Shown in pieces: positions 1 through 9,382 of a stretch of 32,671 bases of DNA (positions within the stretch are counted from its first letter, which is position 1; every line of letters begins with the position of its first letter). The notes below the pieces were generated by a model. That model was not told the origin of the DNA. It was given only the letters and a program-made list of their open reading frames with translations, and made no database searches. The DNA is from Gammaproteobacteria bacterium (GTDB lineage: Bacteria; Pseudomonadota; Gammaproteobacteria; GCA-001735895). Position numbers and translations under genes: made by a program. The stretch covers positions 1-32,671 of the forward strand of contig JBFGQE010000003.1 of the NCBI GenBank assembly GCA_041564355.1, given 5' to 3'.

Positions 1-987
1 CAGGGAGACTACCGGCTGGCGCGAGCGATCGAATATGTTGCGCTGAAAGCCCCTGGCAAGCTGGTCGAATTCATGCCGCTGGCCGCTCTGCTCGGCAGCA
101 TGCTGAGTCTTGGCGCGTTGGCGGGCAACAGCGAGATCATCGCGATGCAAGCTTCCGGAGTCTCGTTGCCGCGATTGCTTGCCTCGGTCATGCAGGCAGC
201 GCTGGTGCTTGCACTGATTACCTGGCTCGTCGCGGACTGGATTGTGCCCGCCAGCGAGACCGGCGCCAAGCGCATCAAAAACCGGGTGCAGGAAGAAACC
301 TCGGTGCTGAATTCGCAGCAGGGAATCTGGATCAAGGACGAATCGCGAGTCGTGCATATCGGTTCGTTGTTGCCAAACGGCTACGCGCGCGACGTCGAAA
401 TCTTCGAACTCGATGCGCAGGATCGTTTGCTCGAGGTGCTGCGGGCCGCGAGCGCGGTGCCGCTCGACCGGGGCTGGGAATTGCACCAGGTGGAACGCTC
501 GATCATCGGGGGCGATGAAATCGGCTCGGAGCGCCTGGACCGACTGGTTTATCGGGGTAACCTGTCGCGTGACCTGTTACAGGTATTCATGACCGAACCG
601 CGCTGGATGTCGAGTTTCGACCTGCATGCTTATTTAAATTTTCTCGACGAGAACCGGCTGGACGGGAGAGTGGAAAGACTCATTTACTGGCAAAAGCTGT
701 TTGCTCCGCTAACCATCGTTATCATGTGTCTGCTCGCTTTGCCGTTCGTGCTCGGTGCGCAGCGGCAATCCAATGTCGGTCAACGCCTGCTAGTCGGGAT
801 TCTGCTCGGACTTGCTTTTGTCGTCGTCGACCGACTGCTGACCCAACTCGGAAATCAGTTCGCGCTAAACGCTCTGTTAACGGCGATGTTGCCCAATCTC
901 GTTTTTTTATCGGTTGCAATCTACCTGCTGATTACAAAACAGTCACACGCTGTCGGTGTCGCTTCGCGCGTCCCGGTGAAGCGCTGA
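1..987 (+). CDS. lptG: LPS export ABC transporter permease LptG (5'-truncated by window edge)
   Basis: Frame is open from base 1 (QGDYRLARAIEYVALKAPGKLVEFMPLAALLG...). It has the LptF/G motif 'LGALAGNSEIIAMQASGVS', a periplasmic middle domain and C-terminal TM helices. An RDD gene follows convergently, as at typical lptFG loci. Confidence 0.9.
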   Translation, partial: QGDYRLARAIEYVALKAPGKLVEFMPLAALLGSMLSLGALAGNSEIIAMQASGVSLPRLLASVMQAALVLALITWLVADWIVPASETGAKRIKNRVQEETSVLNSQQGIWIKDESRVVHIGSLLPNGYARDVEIFELDAQDRLLEVLRAASAVPLDRGWELHQVERSIIGGDEIGSERLDRLVYRGNLSRDLLQVFMTEPRWMSSFDLHAYLNFLDENRLDGRVERLIYWQKLFAPLTIVIMCLLALPFVLGAQRQSNVGQRLLVGILLGLAFVVVDRLLTQLGNQFALNALLTAMLPNLVFLSVAIYLLITKQSHAVGVASRVPVKR

Positions 988-1404
988 TATATCGACAATG
1001 CGAGTCTGGCTAAGCCTGTCGTGCCAGGTGTAGGGGCGAAACAGGCGCCACAGGTAACCGAGGCCAAAACAGCCCAGCGAGAGCAGCGCAAAGCACAGGC
1101 GCAGGTATGCTATCCCCCAGCTTGGATTACCACCAAACTCGGAAACGATACGAATTTTCCAGGCGCGCATTCCGAGCGTCTGTCCCGATTTGTGCCAGAA
1201 CCACGCGTAGAACGTGAAGACCACCAGCAACAGGTATAAAGTGAAAAGCGGATTGGCCTCGATGGCTTCCCCACGGTTCAGAACCAGGGCAAGCCCGGTC
1301 GCCACGAACAGCACCGAAAAAATCAGAAAACTGTCATACACCATTGCCGCGAACTGTTTCAGCAAACTGGCAGACGGACAGGCTTCGACAGACTCCTGCG
1401 ACAT
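943..1404 (-). CDS. RDD family membrane protein
   Basis: 'AAMVYD', 'GQTLGMRAWKIRIV' and 'WHDRLSQT' motifs. The 3' end overlaps lptG by 45 bp. Confidence 0.88.
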   Translation of the reverse strand: MSQESVEACPSASLLKQFAAMVYDSFLIFSVLFVATGLALVLNRGEAIEANPLFTLYLLLVVFTFYAWFWHKSGQTLGMRAWKIRIVSEFGGNPSWGIAYLRLCFALLSLGCFGLGYLWRLFRPYTWHDRLSQTRIVDISALHRDARSDTDSV

Positions 1405-1544
1405 TTTTTTTCCGCGTATTGAATGGCGCGAATTGTAAAAGAAAAACTGAACTTCGACAGCGAAAAAAAAGCAAATTTTTTTTCGTGCAAACTATACTTC
1501 GGCTGTGTAATGCGCAAGCGTTTGCAATTAATACAGGATGACTA

Positions 1545-1572
1545 TTGTATTATTGCAAATGGTTTTTATAAT
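1545..1572 (+). promoter_or_regulatory. Putative sigma70 promoter of the histone-like gene
   Basis: TTGTAT (1545-1550)-N16-TATAAT (1567-1572), in an AT-rich region with A/T tracts upstream. A GAGGAG RBS precedes ATG 1603. Confidence 0.55.
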
Positions 1573-1602
1573 GAACTCGGTAAGTAAACGTGAGGAGAGT
1601 GG

Positions 1603-2046
1603 ATGATGGCGACAGCAAAGAAAGCAGCCAGGCCGAAGGCGAAGGCCAAGAGACCTGCAGTAAAGAAAAAAGCAAGTAAGCCCGCAGTAAAAAGGAAAGC
1701 GGCAAGACCCGCAGTTAAAAAGAAAACCGTAAAGAAAAAAGCTGCTCGCCCGGCGGTCAGAAAAAAAGCAGCCCGACCCGCGGTGAAGAAAAGAACCACA
1801 GCGAAGAAGACGGCGGGTTCGGCATCCAATGCGCGAGTCAGGGCTTTGACCGCAAATATTGCCGCGTTGAAAAAACAAATTCAGGGATTGAAGAACGAAG
1901 TCAAGGCAGCGAACAAGAAAGCCGATGCGCTAGGTAAGCTCAGCGCCAAACGCGGCGCGGCGATTGCCAGGTTTGTCAGTGGGTGGGATAGGAAGGCTAA
2001 CGCGGCGGCCGCGAAATCGGCCAGGCCGAAGAAAAAGAAAAAATAA
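1603..2046 (+). CDS. Histone H1-like, Lys/Ala/Pro-rich basic protein with C-terminal coiled coil (putative nucleoid-associated protein)
   Basis: 147 aa with five (R/K)PAV(K/R)(K/R)(K/R) units and only three acidic residues. Heptad pattern V79-L82-I86-L89-I93-L96-V100. Strong RBS, a candidate promoter and a downstream terminator support a real gene. Confidence 0.75.
   Translation: MMATAKKAARPKAKAKRPAVKKKASKPAVKRKAARPAVKKKTVKKKAARPAVRKKAARPAVKKRTTAKKTAGSASNARVRALTANIAALKKQIQGLKNEVKAANKKADALGKLSAKRGAAIARFVSGWDRKANAAAAKSARPKKKKK
1651..1794 (+). repeat. Degenerate ~27-bp (9-aa) coding tandem repeat, 5 copies
   Basis: RPAVKKKAS/KPAVKRKAA/RPAVKKKTVKKKAA/RPAVRKKAA/RPAVKKR. Synonymous positions differ between copies. 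Confidence 0.8.
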
Positions 2047-2072
2047 CGGAAACCCATGGCAATATCCGGACT

Positions 2073-2102
2073 AAAGGCACAGCGAGCTGTGCCTTTTTTT
2101 TT
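2073..2102 (+). terminator. Rho-independent terminator after the histone-like gene
   Basis: Stem AAAGGCACAG (2073-2082), loop CGAG, CTGTGCCTTT (2087-2096), with the T run continuing to 2102. Confidence 0.85.
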
Positions 2103-2105
2103 GTC

Positions 2106-3017
2106 TTGAGCAAGGCTGACCCGATACCAAGCGCGGGCGCAATCGATCACTTTATCGATACGCTGTGGGCGCAGAAGGGACTGGCCGAGCTGACCTTGCG
2201 CGCTTACCGCCAGGACCTGACCCAGTTCGACCGCTGGCTTGGGCAACGCGGCCAGCGACTCGACTCGGCCGCTAAGTCCGTGATCCAGCAATTTCTCTCC
2301 GAGCGATTCGATGCCGGGTCATCGGCGCGCTCGAACGCACGCATGCTGTCTTCGCTGAAACAGTATTACCAGCATCTGGTCAAGATCGGCGAACGGCGCG
2401 ACAACCCGACCGCATTGGTGCAGGCGCCGAAAATTCATCGCAGCCTGCCGCAGACCCTGGGCGACCAGGACATGATCGGCCTGCTCGAAGCGCCCGACCT
2501 CGAAAGTCCCTACGGCTTGCGCGATCGTGCGATGCTCGAGCTGATGTATGGCTCCGGCTTGCGCGTCAGCGAACTGGTCGGGCTGGAACTCAACCAGATC
2601 AATACCAACCTCGGCCTGGTTCGCCTGGTCGGCAAGGGCAGCAAGGAGCGGGTGGTTCCGGTGGGAGAAGAGTCCTTGCACTGGCTGACCCGTTACCTGC
2701 GCGACGCACGCCCGTTATTACAACGGCAAAGCCGGCTTGACGGTGCGCTGTTTTTATCCAGTCGCGGCAGCGCGATCACGCGCCAGGCTTTCTGGCAAAA
2801 TATCAAGAAGCATTTACGCAAGGCCGGAATCAAAATGGTGTTTTCGCCGCATTCGCTTCGGCACGCTTTTGCCACCCACCTGCTTAATCATGGCGCGGAT
2901 CTGCGCACGGTGCAAATGCTGCTCGGTCACAGCAGCCTGTCGACAACGCAGATTTATACGCATGTCGCGCAGGCCCGTCTCGCCGCCATTCACGCGAAGC
3001 ACCATCCGCGCGGATAG
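2106..3017 (+). CDS. xerD: Site-specific tyrosine recombinase XerD
   Basis: 'LRDRAMLELMYGSGLRVSEL', 'SPHSLRHAFATHLLNHGADLRTVQMLLGHSSLSTTQIYTHV' and the C-terminal 'HHPRG' typical of XerD. TTG start. Confidence 0.95.
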   Translation: MSKADPIPSAGAIDHFIDTLWAQKGLAELTLRAYRQDLTQFDRWLGQRGQRLDSAAKSVIQQFLSERFDAGSSARSNARMLSSLKQYYQHLVKIGERRDNPTALVQAPKIHRSLPQTLGDQDMIGLLEAPDLESPYGLRDRAMLELMYGSGLRVSELVGLELNQINTNLGLVRLVGKGSKERVVPVGEESLHWLTRYLRDARPLLQRQSRLDGALFLSSRGSAITRQAFWQNIKKHLRKAGIKMVFSPHSLRHAFATHLLNHGADLRTVQMLLGHSSLSTTQIYTHVAQARLAAIHAKHHPRG

Positions 3018-3251
3018 TTGCCAGGTTTGCGAATCGGTTTTTCACGTGGGGGGCGCGGAGAATGGTTTGTTTGTGGCGGCTCGGAGACTTGATACGAGCG
3101 ATCATGTTCGATAAAGGCGCGCCGTCGGCCCCGGTTTTTCCTGATCTTCCGATCTGAAAAACGAGCATTGGGTAATGGTCGAACCGCGCCGTCAACACGA
3201 TCAGGAAAGACCCTGCGCACCCCGCGTCTCTGCGTGAAACATTTTTCGCAA

Positions 3252-4115
3252 TCAGTGCAGCAGGGTAAACAGCTTGCGTCGGTACTTTTGCACGCTCGGG
3301 TGTTCGCCGCCGAGCAGATCGAAGAGGCCAAGCAGACCCTTGCGTCCGGCGTCATCCTCGTATTCACGATCGATGCGCATGATCTCGAGCAGGCATTCCA
3401 TCGCGTCGTCGTACTCGTTGCGCGCGGCGAGGTGGCGGCTTTTCTGTAACAGCGCCTCGAGGTCCCGAGGATTTTTTTGTAGGCGTTTTTCGATGTCTTC
3501 GAGCGCCGGCAGTTCGGCGAGTTGCGCGGCGAGATCGATTGCGGCTCGCAGCCTGATCGCGGCGTCGAGTTTACTGCCTTCTTCGTCGAGACTGTCGAGT
3601 AAGGCGACCGCGCTGGTTTCATCTCCCTCGGCGTAAACCAGTTCGGCGATCTGGACTTTAAGCGCGGCGTTATCGGGATCCTTTTGCAGCGCATGGTTGA
3701 GCATTTCGAGCGCCTGCTCGGTATGGCCCTGCGCGTAAGCCTGCATCGCGGCCTCCATGAACTGGTCGCTCTCCGAGACGAGGTGCCGGTCTATCATCGC
3801 ACGAATATCGGCTTCCTGGGCAAGGCCCGAACGCTCGTCGACCAGCTGCCCCTGGAAAAACAGCTTCATTGTCGGCAGGCTCTTGATGCCAAAATGCGCC
3901 GCCAGTTCGCGCTCTTCATCGGCGTTGATCTTGGCGACTTCGAACTTGCCGGCGTATTCGTCAGCCAGTTTTTCGAGTATCGGCGAGAGACTTTGGCAGG
4001 GTTGGCACCAGTCGGCCCAAAAGTCCACCAGAACCGGCTTGGTCATCGACTTTTCCAGCACCAGAGCCTGGAAATTCTGCATGCCGACATTGTGAATATT
4101 AGGGGACTCGCTCAT
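3252..4115 (-). CDS. cnoX: Thioredoxin-TPR chaperedoxin (CnoX/YbbN)
   Basis: N-terminal thioredoxin domain 'PVLVDFWADWCQPC', then helical TPR-like repeats, ending 'YRRKLFTLLH'. Confidence 0.9.
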   Translation of the reverse strand: MSESPNIHNVGMQNFQALVLEKSMTKPVLVDFWADWCQPCQSLSPILEKLADEYAGKFEVAKINADEERELAAHFGIKSLPTMKLFFQGQLVDERSGLAQEADIRAMIDRHLVSESDQFMEAAMQAYAQGHTEQALEMLNHALQKDPDNAALKVQIAELVYAEGDETSAVALLDSLDEEGSKLDAAIRLRAAIDLAAQLAELPALEDIEKRLQKNPRDLEALLQKSRHLAARNEYDDAMECLLEIMRIDREYEDDAGRKGLLGLFDLLGGEHPSVQKYRRKLFTLLH

Positions 4116-4217
4116 AATAGAGAACCTGACGAAAGATGCGCATTATATCAGGCCGACGGCCGTGAATTACAAGGGTTGGCCACCGCACCCGCTTGAATTA
4201 CTCAGGAACCACCACCT

Positions 4218-6104
4218 TTGAAAAATCAGTACGATGCTGCCTCGATCGAAGTCCTGACGGGACTCGAACCGGTCAAGAAACGGCCGGGCATGTATACCGA
4301 CACTACCCGGCCCAACCACCTCGCACAGGAAGTCATCGACAACAGCGTCGACGAGGCGATTGCCGGTTACGCAACCCAGATCGGCGTGATCCTGCATGCC
4401 GACCAGTCACTCAGCGTGATCGATAACGGGCGCGGCATGCCGGTGGACGAACACCCGGAACAAAAGATGCCCGGGGTAGAGGTCATCCTGACCAAGCTGC
4501 ATGCCGGGGGCAAGTTTTCGAGCAAGAATTACCAGTTTTCCGGTGGCCTGCATGGAGTTGGCGTGTCGGTGGTCAACGCGTTGTCGAAAAAGCTCGACGT
4601 GCGCGTGCGACGCGGCGGCAAGGAATACACGATCAGCTTCAATAACGGTGACAAGAAGGACCCGTTGAAGCAGACCGGCACGGTCGGTAAAAAAAACTCG
4701 GGTACCAGCCTGCGATTCTGGCCGGATCCGAAATATTTCGACAGCGACAACTTTTCGGTCGCGCGATTGAAGCACGTGTTGCGTGCCAAAGCCGTGCTCT
4801 GCCCGGGCCTGCGGGTCAAGTTTTACGTCGAAAAAACCAAGGAATCGGCGGAGTGGCTGTACCAGGAAGGGCTCGCCGATTACCTGATCGAATCGCTACA
4901 GGATTTTGAGCTGTTGCCGCCGCAGCCGTTCGTCAATTCGCTCCAGGGAGAGCACGAGGCGGTGGACTGGGCGGTTGTCTGGTTGCCCCAGGGTGGCGAA
5001 GCGATAACCGAGAGTTACGTCAACCTGATCCCGACATCGCAGGGTGGCACCCACGTGAACGGTTTGCGCACCGGGATTACCGACGCCATTCGCGAGTTCT
5101 GCGAGTTTCGCAACCTGCTGCCACGCGGCGTCAAGATCGCGCCGGACGACGTCTGGGACAGGGTCAGCTACATCCTCTCGGTAAAAATGGAAGACCCGCA
5201 GTTCTCCGGGCAGACCAAGGAGCGGCTGTCATCGCGCGAGAGCGCGGCCTTCGTCTCCGGCGTGGCCAAGGATTCGTTCAGCCTTTGGCTGAATCAGCAT
5301 GCCGACATCGGCGATCAGCTTGCGCAGATGGCGATCTCCAGTGCGCAGAGTCGGCTCAAGAGCGCGAGGAAGGTGGTGCGCAAAAAAGTCACCAGCGGCC
5401 CCGCGCTGCCGGGCAAGTTATCCGATTGCTCGAGCCAGGACGTCGCCCGCACCGAGCTTTTTCTGGTCGAGGGCGATTCCGCCGGCGGTTCGGCGAAACA
5501 GGCCCGCGATCGGGCGTTCCAGGCGATCATGCCGCTGCGCGGAAAGATTTTGAATACCTGGGAAGTGCCGTCGGACCAGGTGCTCGCGTCGCAGGAAGTG
5601 CACGACATCTCGGTCGCGATCGGCGTCGAGCCGGCCTCGGATAATCTCGCCAACCTGCGCTACGGCAAGATCTGCATTCTCGCCGACGCGGATTCGGACG
5701 GGGCGCATATCGCAACCTTGCTCTGTGCGTTGTTTCTGCGACATTTCCGCCCGTTGGTGGAGAAAGGGCACGTATTCGTCGCCAAGCCGCCGCTGTACCG
5801 CATCGACATCGCCAAGGACAAGTACTATGCCCTCGATGAAGCCGAGCGTGACGGCATACTCGATCGCATCGCCGCGGAGAAGCGCAAGGGCAAGATCAGC
5901 GTAACGCGCTTCAAGGGTCTCGGTGAAATGAATCCGCTACAGTTGCGCGAAAGCGCGATTGCGCCAGAGACCCGGCGGCTTGCGCAGTTGACCATCGCCC
6001 CGGGTGACAAGACCTTCAAGATCATGGACATGATGCTGTCGAAGAAACGCGCGCCGGACCGCAAGGACTGGTTGCAAAGCAAGGGAGACCTGGCCGAGGT
6101 ATGA
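4218..6104 (+). CDS. parE: DNA topoisomerase IV subunit B
   Basis: GHKL ATPase motifs ([21 protein letters not shown]) and TOPRIM motifs 'VEGDSAGGS', 'PLRGKILN', 'ADADSDG'. 628 aa, without the GyrB insert. Confidence 0.97.
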   Translation: MKNQYDAASIEVLTGLEPVKKRPGMYTDTTRPNHLAQEVIDNSVDEAIAGYATQIGVILHADQSLSVIDNGRGMPVDEHPEQKMPGVEVILTKLHAGGKFSSKNYQFSGGLHGVGVSVVNALSKKLDVRVRRGGKEYTISFNNGDKKDPLKQTGTVGKKNSGTSLRFWPDPKYFDSDNFSVARLKHVLRAKAVLCPGLRVKFYVEKTKESAEWLYQEGLADYLIESLQDFELLPPQPFVNSLQGEHEAVDWAVVWLPQGGEAITESYVNLIPTSQGGTHVNGLRTGITDAIREFCEFRNLLPRGVKIAPDDVWDRVSYILSVKMEDPQFSGQTKERLSSRESAAFVSGVAKDSFSLWLNQHADIGDQLAQMAISSAQSRLKSARKVVRKKVTSGPALPGKLSDCSSQDVARTELFLVEGDSAGGSAKQARDRAFQAIMPLRGKILNTWEVPSDQVLASQEVHDISVAIGVEPASDNLANLRYGKICILADADSDGAHIATLLCALFLRHFRPLVEKGHVFVAKPPLYRIDIAKDKYYALDEAERDGILDRIAAEKRKGKISVTRFKGLGEMNPLQLRESAIAPETRRLAQLTIAPGDKTFKIMDMMLSKKRAPDRKDWLQSKGDLAEV

Positions 6105-8353
6105 GCGAAAACCTGGAATTGAACTACGAGGGTATCGAGCAGCAGCCGCTGCACGTTTACACCGAAAAGGCTTACCTCGACTACTCGATGTACGTCATCC
6201 TCGATCGCGCGCTGCCGCATATCGGCGACGGGCTGAAGCCGGTGCAGCGGCGCATCATCTACGCCATGTCGGAGCTCGGCCTGTCGGCGAGTTCGAAGCA
6301 CAAGAAATCGGCGCGCACGGTCGGCGACGTGCTCGGCAAGTACCATCCGCACGGTGACACGGCCTGCTACGAGGCGATGGTGCTGATGGCGCAGAACTTT
6401 TCCTACCGCTACCCGCTGATCGACGGGCAGGGAAATTTCGGTTCGCCGGACGATCCGAAATCGTTCGCCGCGATGCGCTACACCGAGTCACGCCTTTCGG
6501 CGTTCGCGCGCATCCTGTTGCAGGAACTCGGCCAGGGTACGGTCGACTGGGTTTCGAACTTCGATGGCACGATGCAGGAACCGTCGCTACTGCCGGCGCG
6601 CCTGCCGCACGTGTTACTCAACGGCACCACCGGAATCGCGGTGGGCATGGCAACCGACCTGCCGCCGCATAACCTGCGCGAGATAGGCAAGGCCTGTATC
6701 GCGCTGCTGGACAAGGCGAAGACGCCGCTGGAAACCCTGCTCAAGCAGGTCAAGGGACCGGATTATCCGACCGAGGCGGAGATTATTACGCCGGCGGACG
6801 AACTGCGTGGTTTGTACGAAAGCGGCCACGGTTCGATTCGCATGCGCGCGGTATACGAGCGCGAAGACGGCGACATCATCGTCACCGCGCTGCCGCACCA
6901 GGTCTCGGGTGCGCGCGTGATGGAACAGATCGCGCAGCAGATGCTGGCGAAGAAGCTGCCGATGGTGGATGACCTGCGGGACGAGTCCGATCATGAAAAC
7001 CCGACGCGCCTGGTCATCGTGCCGCGCTCCAACCGCGTCGATGTCGACGCGCTGATGGGCCATCTGTTCGCGACCACCGATCTCGAGCGCACCTACCGGG
7101 TCAACATGAACATGATCGGCACCAACGGCCGCCCGCAGGTCAAGAACCTGAAACAGATTATGCAGGAATGGATTGCGTTTCGCGTCACCACGGTGCGCCG
7201 CCGCCTGCAGTGGCGGCTGGACAAGGTCGATGCGCGCCTGCACGTGCTCGAGGGCCTGTTGATTGCATTTTTGAACCTCGACGAGGTGATCCGCATCGTG
7301 CGCAACGAGGACGATCCGAAGGCGGTGCTGATGAAGACTTTCAAAATCAGCGAAATCCAGGCCGAAGCGATTCTCGAGACCAAGCTGCGCCACCTGGCGA
7401 AACTCGAGGAGATGAAAATACGCGAAGAGCAGGAAGCGCTTAGCGAGGAGAAGCAGGAGCTGGAAAAACTGCTCGGCTCCGAGCGCCGCATCAAGACCCT
7501 GATCAAGAACGAAATCAAGGAAGACATGGAGGCCTACGGCGACGAGCGGCGTTCGCCGATTGTCAGCCGCGAGGCGGCGCGCGCGCTGGACGAAACCGAC
7601 CTGCTGCCCTCCGAGCCATTGACCGTGGTACTGTCGAGCAAGGGCTGGGTGCGTGCCGCCAAGGGTCACGACATCGATGCGCGGGCGCTGAACTTCAAGT
7701 CGGGCGACCGGTTCCAGGACATGGCGCAGGGCAAGAGTAACCACAGCGTCGTATTCCTCGATTCCAACGGTCGCGCCTATTCGCTGGCCGCGCATTCGCT
7801 GCCGTCGGCGCGCGGCCAGGGCGAACCGCTGACCGGACGCTTCAAACCCACCAGCGGCGCCGAGTTCAGGAGTTGCGCGATGGGCAACGACGACGATCAG
7901 TTTCTGCTGGCCTCGTCCCACGGCTACGGGTTTATTTGCCGCTTCGGTGACATGCTCACCCGCAACAAGAACGGTAAGGCGCAGATCAGCCTGTCGAAGG
8001 GTGCCCAGCTACTGCCGCTATCGGCGGTCAACGATTATCAAAAAGATCAGCTGGTGTCGATTACCAGCGACGGCTACATCGCGCTGCTCGACGTCAGGGA
8101 AATTCCGCAGCTCGCCAGGGGCAAGGGTAACAAGATCCAGGGCATACCGCCCAAGCGGATCAAGGAAGGGCTCGAGGAAATTGCCTTCATTGCCTGTCTC
8201 GGCGGTAAACAGAAACTGATGATTCATTGCGGCAAGAAATACAAAACGATGAACCTGAAAGAGCTCGAAGAGTATCGCACGGAGCGCGGCAAACGCGGGC
8301 GCAAGTTGCCGCGTGGGTACCAGAATGTCACCGCGATAGAAATCGTCGACTGA
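6101..8353 (+). CDS. parC: DNA topoisomerase IV subunit A
   Basis: '[10 protein letters not shown]', '[14 protein letters not shown]', catalytic 'AAMRYTE'. 4-bp ATGA overlap with parE. Confidence 0.97.
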   Translation: MSENLELNYEGIEQQPLHVYTEKAYLDYSMYVILDRALPHIGDGLKPVQRRIIYAMSELGLSASSKHKKSARTVGDVLGKYHPHGDTACYEAMVLMAQNFSYRYPLIDGQGNFGSPDDPKSFAAMRYTESRLSAFARILLQELGQGTVDWVSNFDGTMQEPSLLPARLPHVLLNGTTGIAVGMATDLPPHNLREIGKACIALLDKAKTPLETLLKQVKGPDYPTEAEIITPADELRGLYESGHGSIRMRAVYEREDGDIIVTALPHQVSGARVMEQIAQQMLAKKLPMVDDLRDESDHENPTRLVIVPRSNRVDVDALMGHLFATTDLERTYRVNMNMIGTNGRPQVKNLKQIMQEWIAFRVTTVRRRLQWRLDKVDARLHVLEGLLIAFLNLDEVIRIVRNEDDPKAVLMKTFKISEIQAEAILETKLRHLAKLEEMKIREEQEALSEEKQELEKLLGSERRIKTLIKNEIKEDMEAYGDERRSPIVSREAARALDETDLLPSEPLTVVLSSKGWVRAAKGHDIDARALNFKSGDRFQDMAQGKSNHSVVFLDSNGRAYSLAAHSLPSARGQGEPLTGRFKPTSGAEFRSCAMGNDDDQFLLASSHGYGFICRFGDMLTRNKNGKAQISLSKGAQLLPLSAVNDYQKDQLVSITSDGYIALLDVREIPQLARGKGNKIQGIPPKRIKEGLEEIAFIACLGGKQKLMIHCGKKYKTMNLKELEEYRTERGKRGRKLPRGYQNVTAIEIVD

Positions 8354-8372
8354 AAGACAAAGCCCCGGTCAG

Positions 8373-8400
8373 CTTGAAGTTTTTACCCGAGAACGCATAT
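8373..8400 (+). promoter_or_regulatory. Putative sigma32 (RpoH) promoter of htpX
   Basis: CTTGAA (8373-8378)-N14-ACGCATAT (8393-8400) resembles the CTTGAA-N13/15-CCCCATAT consensus. htpX is a known heat-shock gene. Confidence 0.5.
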
Positions 8401-8439
8401 AGTCGGGTAAGGAGTCCTGTCTAGCGGGGGTATAGTGAC

Positions 8440-9333
8440 ATGGCCATCATTTCCCGGATCTTTCTGTTCCTGCTCGCCAATTTCGGCGTGCTCGCGGTGC
8501 TCAGCCTGTCGATGCGCCTGCTCGGAGTCGATGCCTATCTGGCCAGCCAGGGCGGCGCGTTTCAGCTGAACGGATTGTTACTGATGGCGGCGATCATGGG
8601 TTTCGCCGGTTCGTTTATCTCGCTGGCGATGTCGAAGATGATGGCCAAGCGCGCGATGGGCGTGCAGATAATCGAGGAACCCCGGCGCGAGGTCGAACAG
8701 TGGCTGGTGTCGGTGGTGCGTCGCCAGGCCAGCGCGGCCGGTATCGGCATGCCCGAGGTGGGGATTTTCGATTCGCCGACGATGAACGCATTCGCCACCG
8801 GTATGAACCGGGACGATGCGCTGGTCGCGGTCAGTACCGGCCTTTTAAGCAAGATGTCTCGCGATGAAGTGGAAGCCGTGCTCGGTCACGAGGTATCGCA
8901 CGTGGCTAACGGCGATATGATTACGATGGGCCTGTTGCAGGGCGTGCTGAACACCTTCGTCATCTTTTTCTCGCGCCTGATCGGAATCTTGATCGACCGT
9001 GTCGTGTTTCGTATCGAACGCGGCATCGGCCCCGGCTTCTGGATCGGTTCGATCGTTGCCGAGATTATTCTCGGTATTCTCGCCGCGATCATCGCATCCT
9101 GGTTCTCGCGTCGGCGCGAGTACCGCGCGGATGCCGGCGGCGCGCGGCTGGCCGGTCGTGGCAAGATGATCTCCGCGCTGCAGCGGCTGCGCCAGGCCCA
9201 CGACGAGTCGTCCCTGCCCGGAGAAATGGCCGCTTTCGGAATTATCGGCGGACCCTCGTTGAAACAGCTGCTCAGCACCCATCCGCCGCTGGAAAAGCGG
9301 ATTGAGGCGCTGATGCGGGCTACGGCCGGCTAG
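8440..9333 (+). CDS. htpX: Membrane zinc metalloprotease HtpX (M48)
   Basis: HExxH in 'LGHEVSHVANGDM', plus 'NAFATG', 'FSRRREYRAD' and 'THPPLEKRI'. Confidence 0.96.
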   Translation: MAIISRIFLFLLANFGVLAVLSLSMRLLGVDAYLASQGGAFQLNGLLLMAAIMGFAGSFISLAMSKMMAKRAMGVQIIEEPRREVEQWLVSVVRRQASAAGIGMPEVGIFDSPTMNAFATGMNRDDALVAVSTGLLSKMSRDEVEAVLGHEVSHVANGDMITMGLLQGVLNTFVIFFSRLIGILIDRVVFRIERGIGPGFWIGSIVAEIILGILAAIIASWFSRRREYRADAGGARLAGRGKMISALQRLRQAHDESSLPGEMAAFGIIGGPSLKQLLSTHPPLEKRIEALMRATAG

Positions 9334-9382
9334 CGGGCGAAGTCGCAGTCACTCCCGCCGGCGGATCCCGGCGTCCCGGGTC

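Noticed and set aside
1651-1794. Periodic ~27-bp repeats as a CRISPR array
   Set aside because: The repeats are in-frame coding units with no unique spacers, and no cas genes are present.
1566-1829. Hydrophobic repetitive ORF (FFTAGRAA repeats) resembling a membrane peptide
   Set aside because: It is the reverse complement of the Lys-rich repeats of the histone-like gene, which has the RBS, promoter and terminator.
2106-3017. Tyrosine recombinase as a possible phage/island integrase
   Set aside because: Sequence signatures are those of housekeeping XerD. No att repeats, tRNA, dif site or phage genes were seen.
6614-7921. 435-aa minus-strand ORF, and similar long antisense ORFs within mscS, sdaA, gcvP and aroC
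   Set aside because: Fully antisense to well-supported genes; explained by codon bias.
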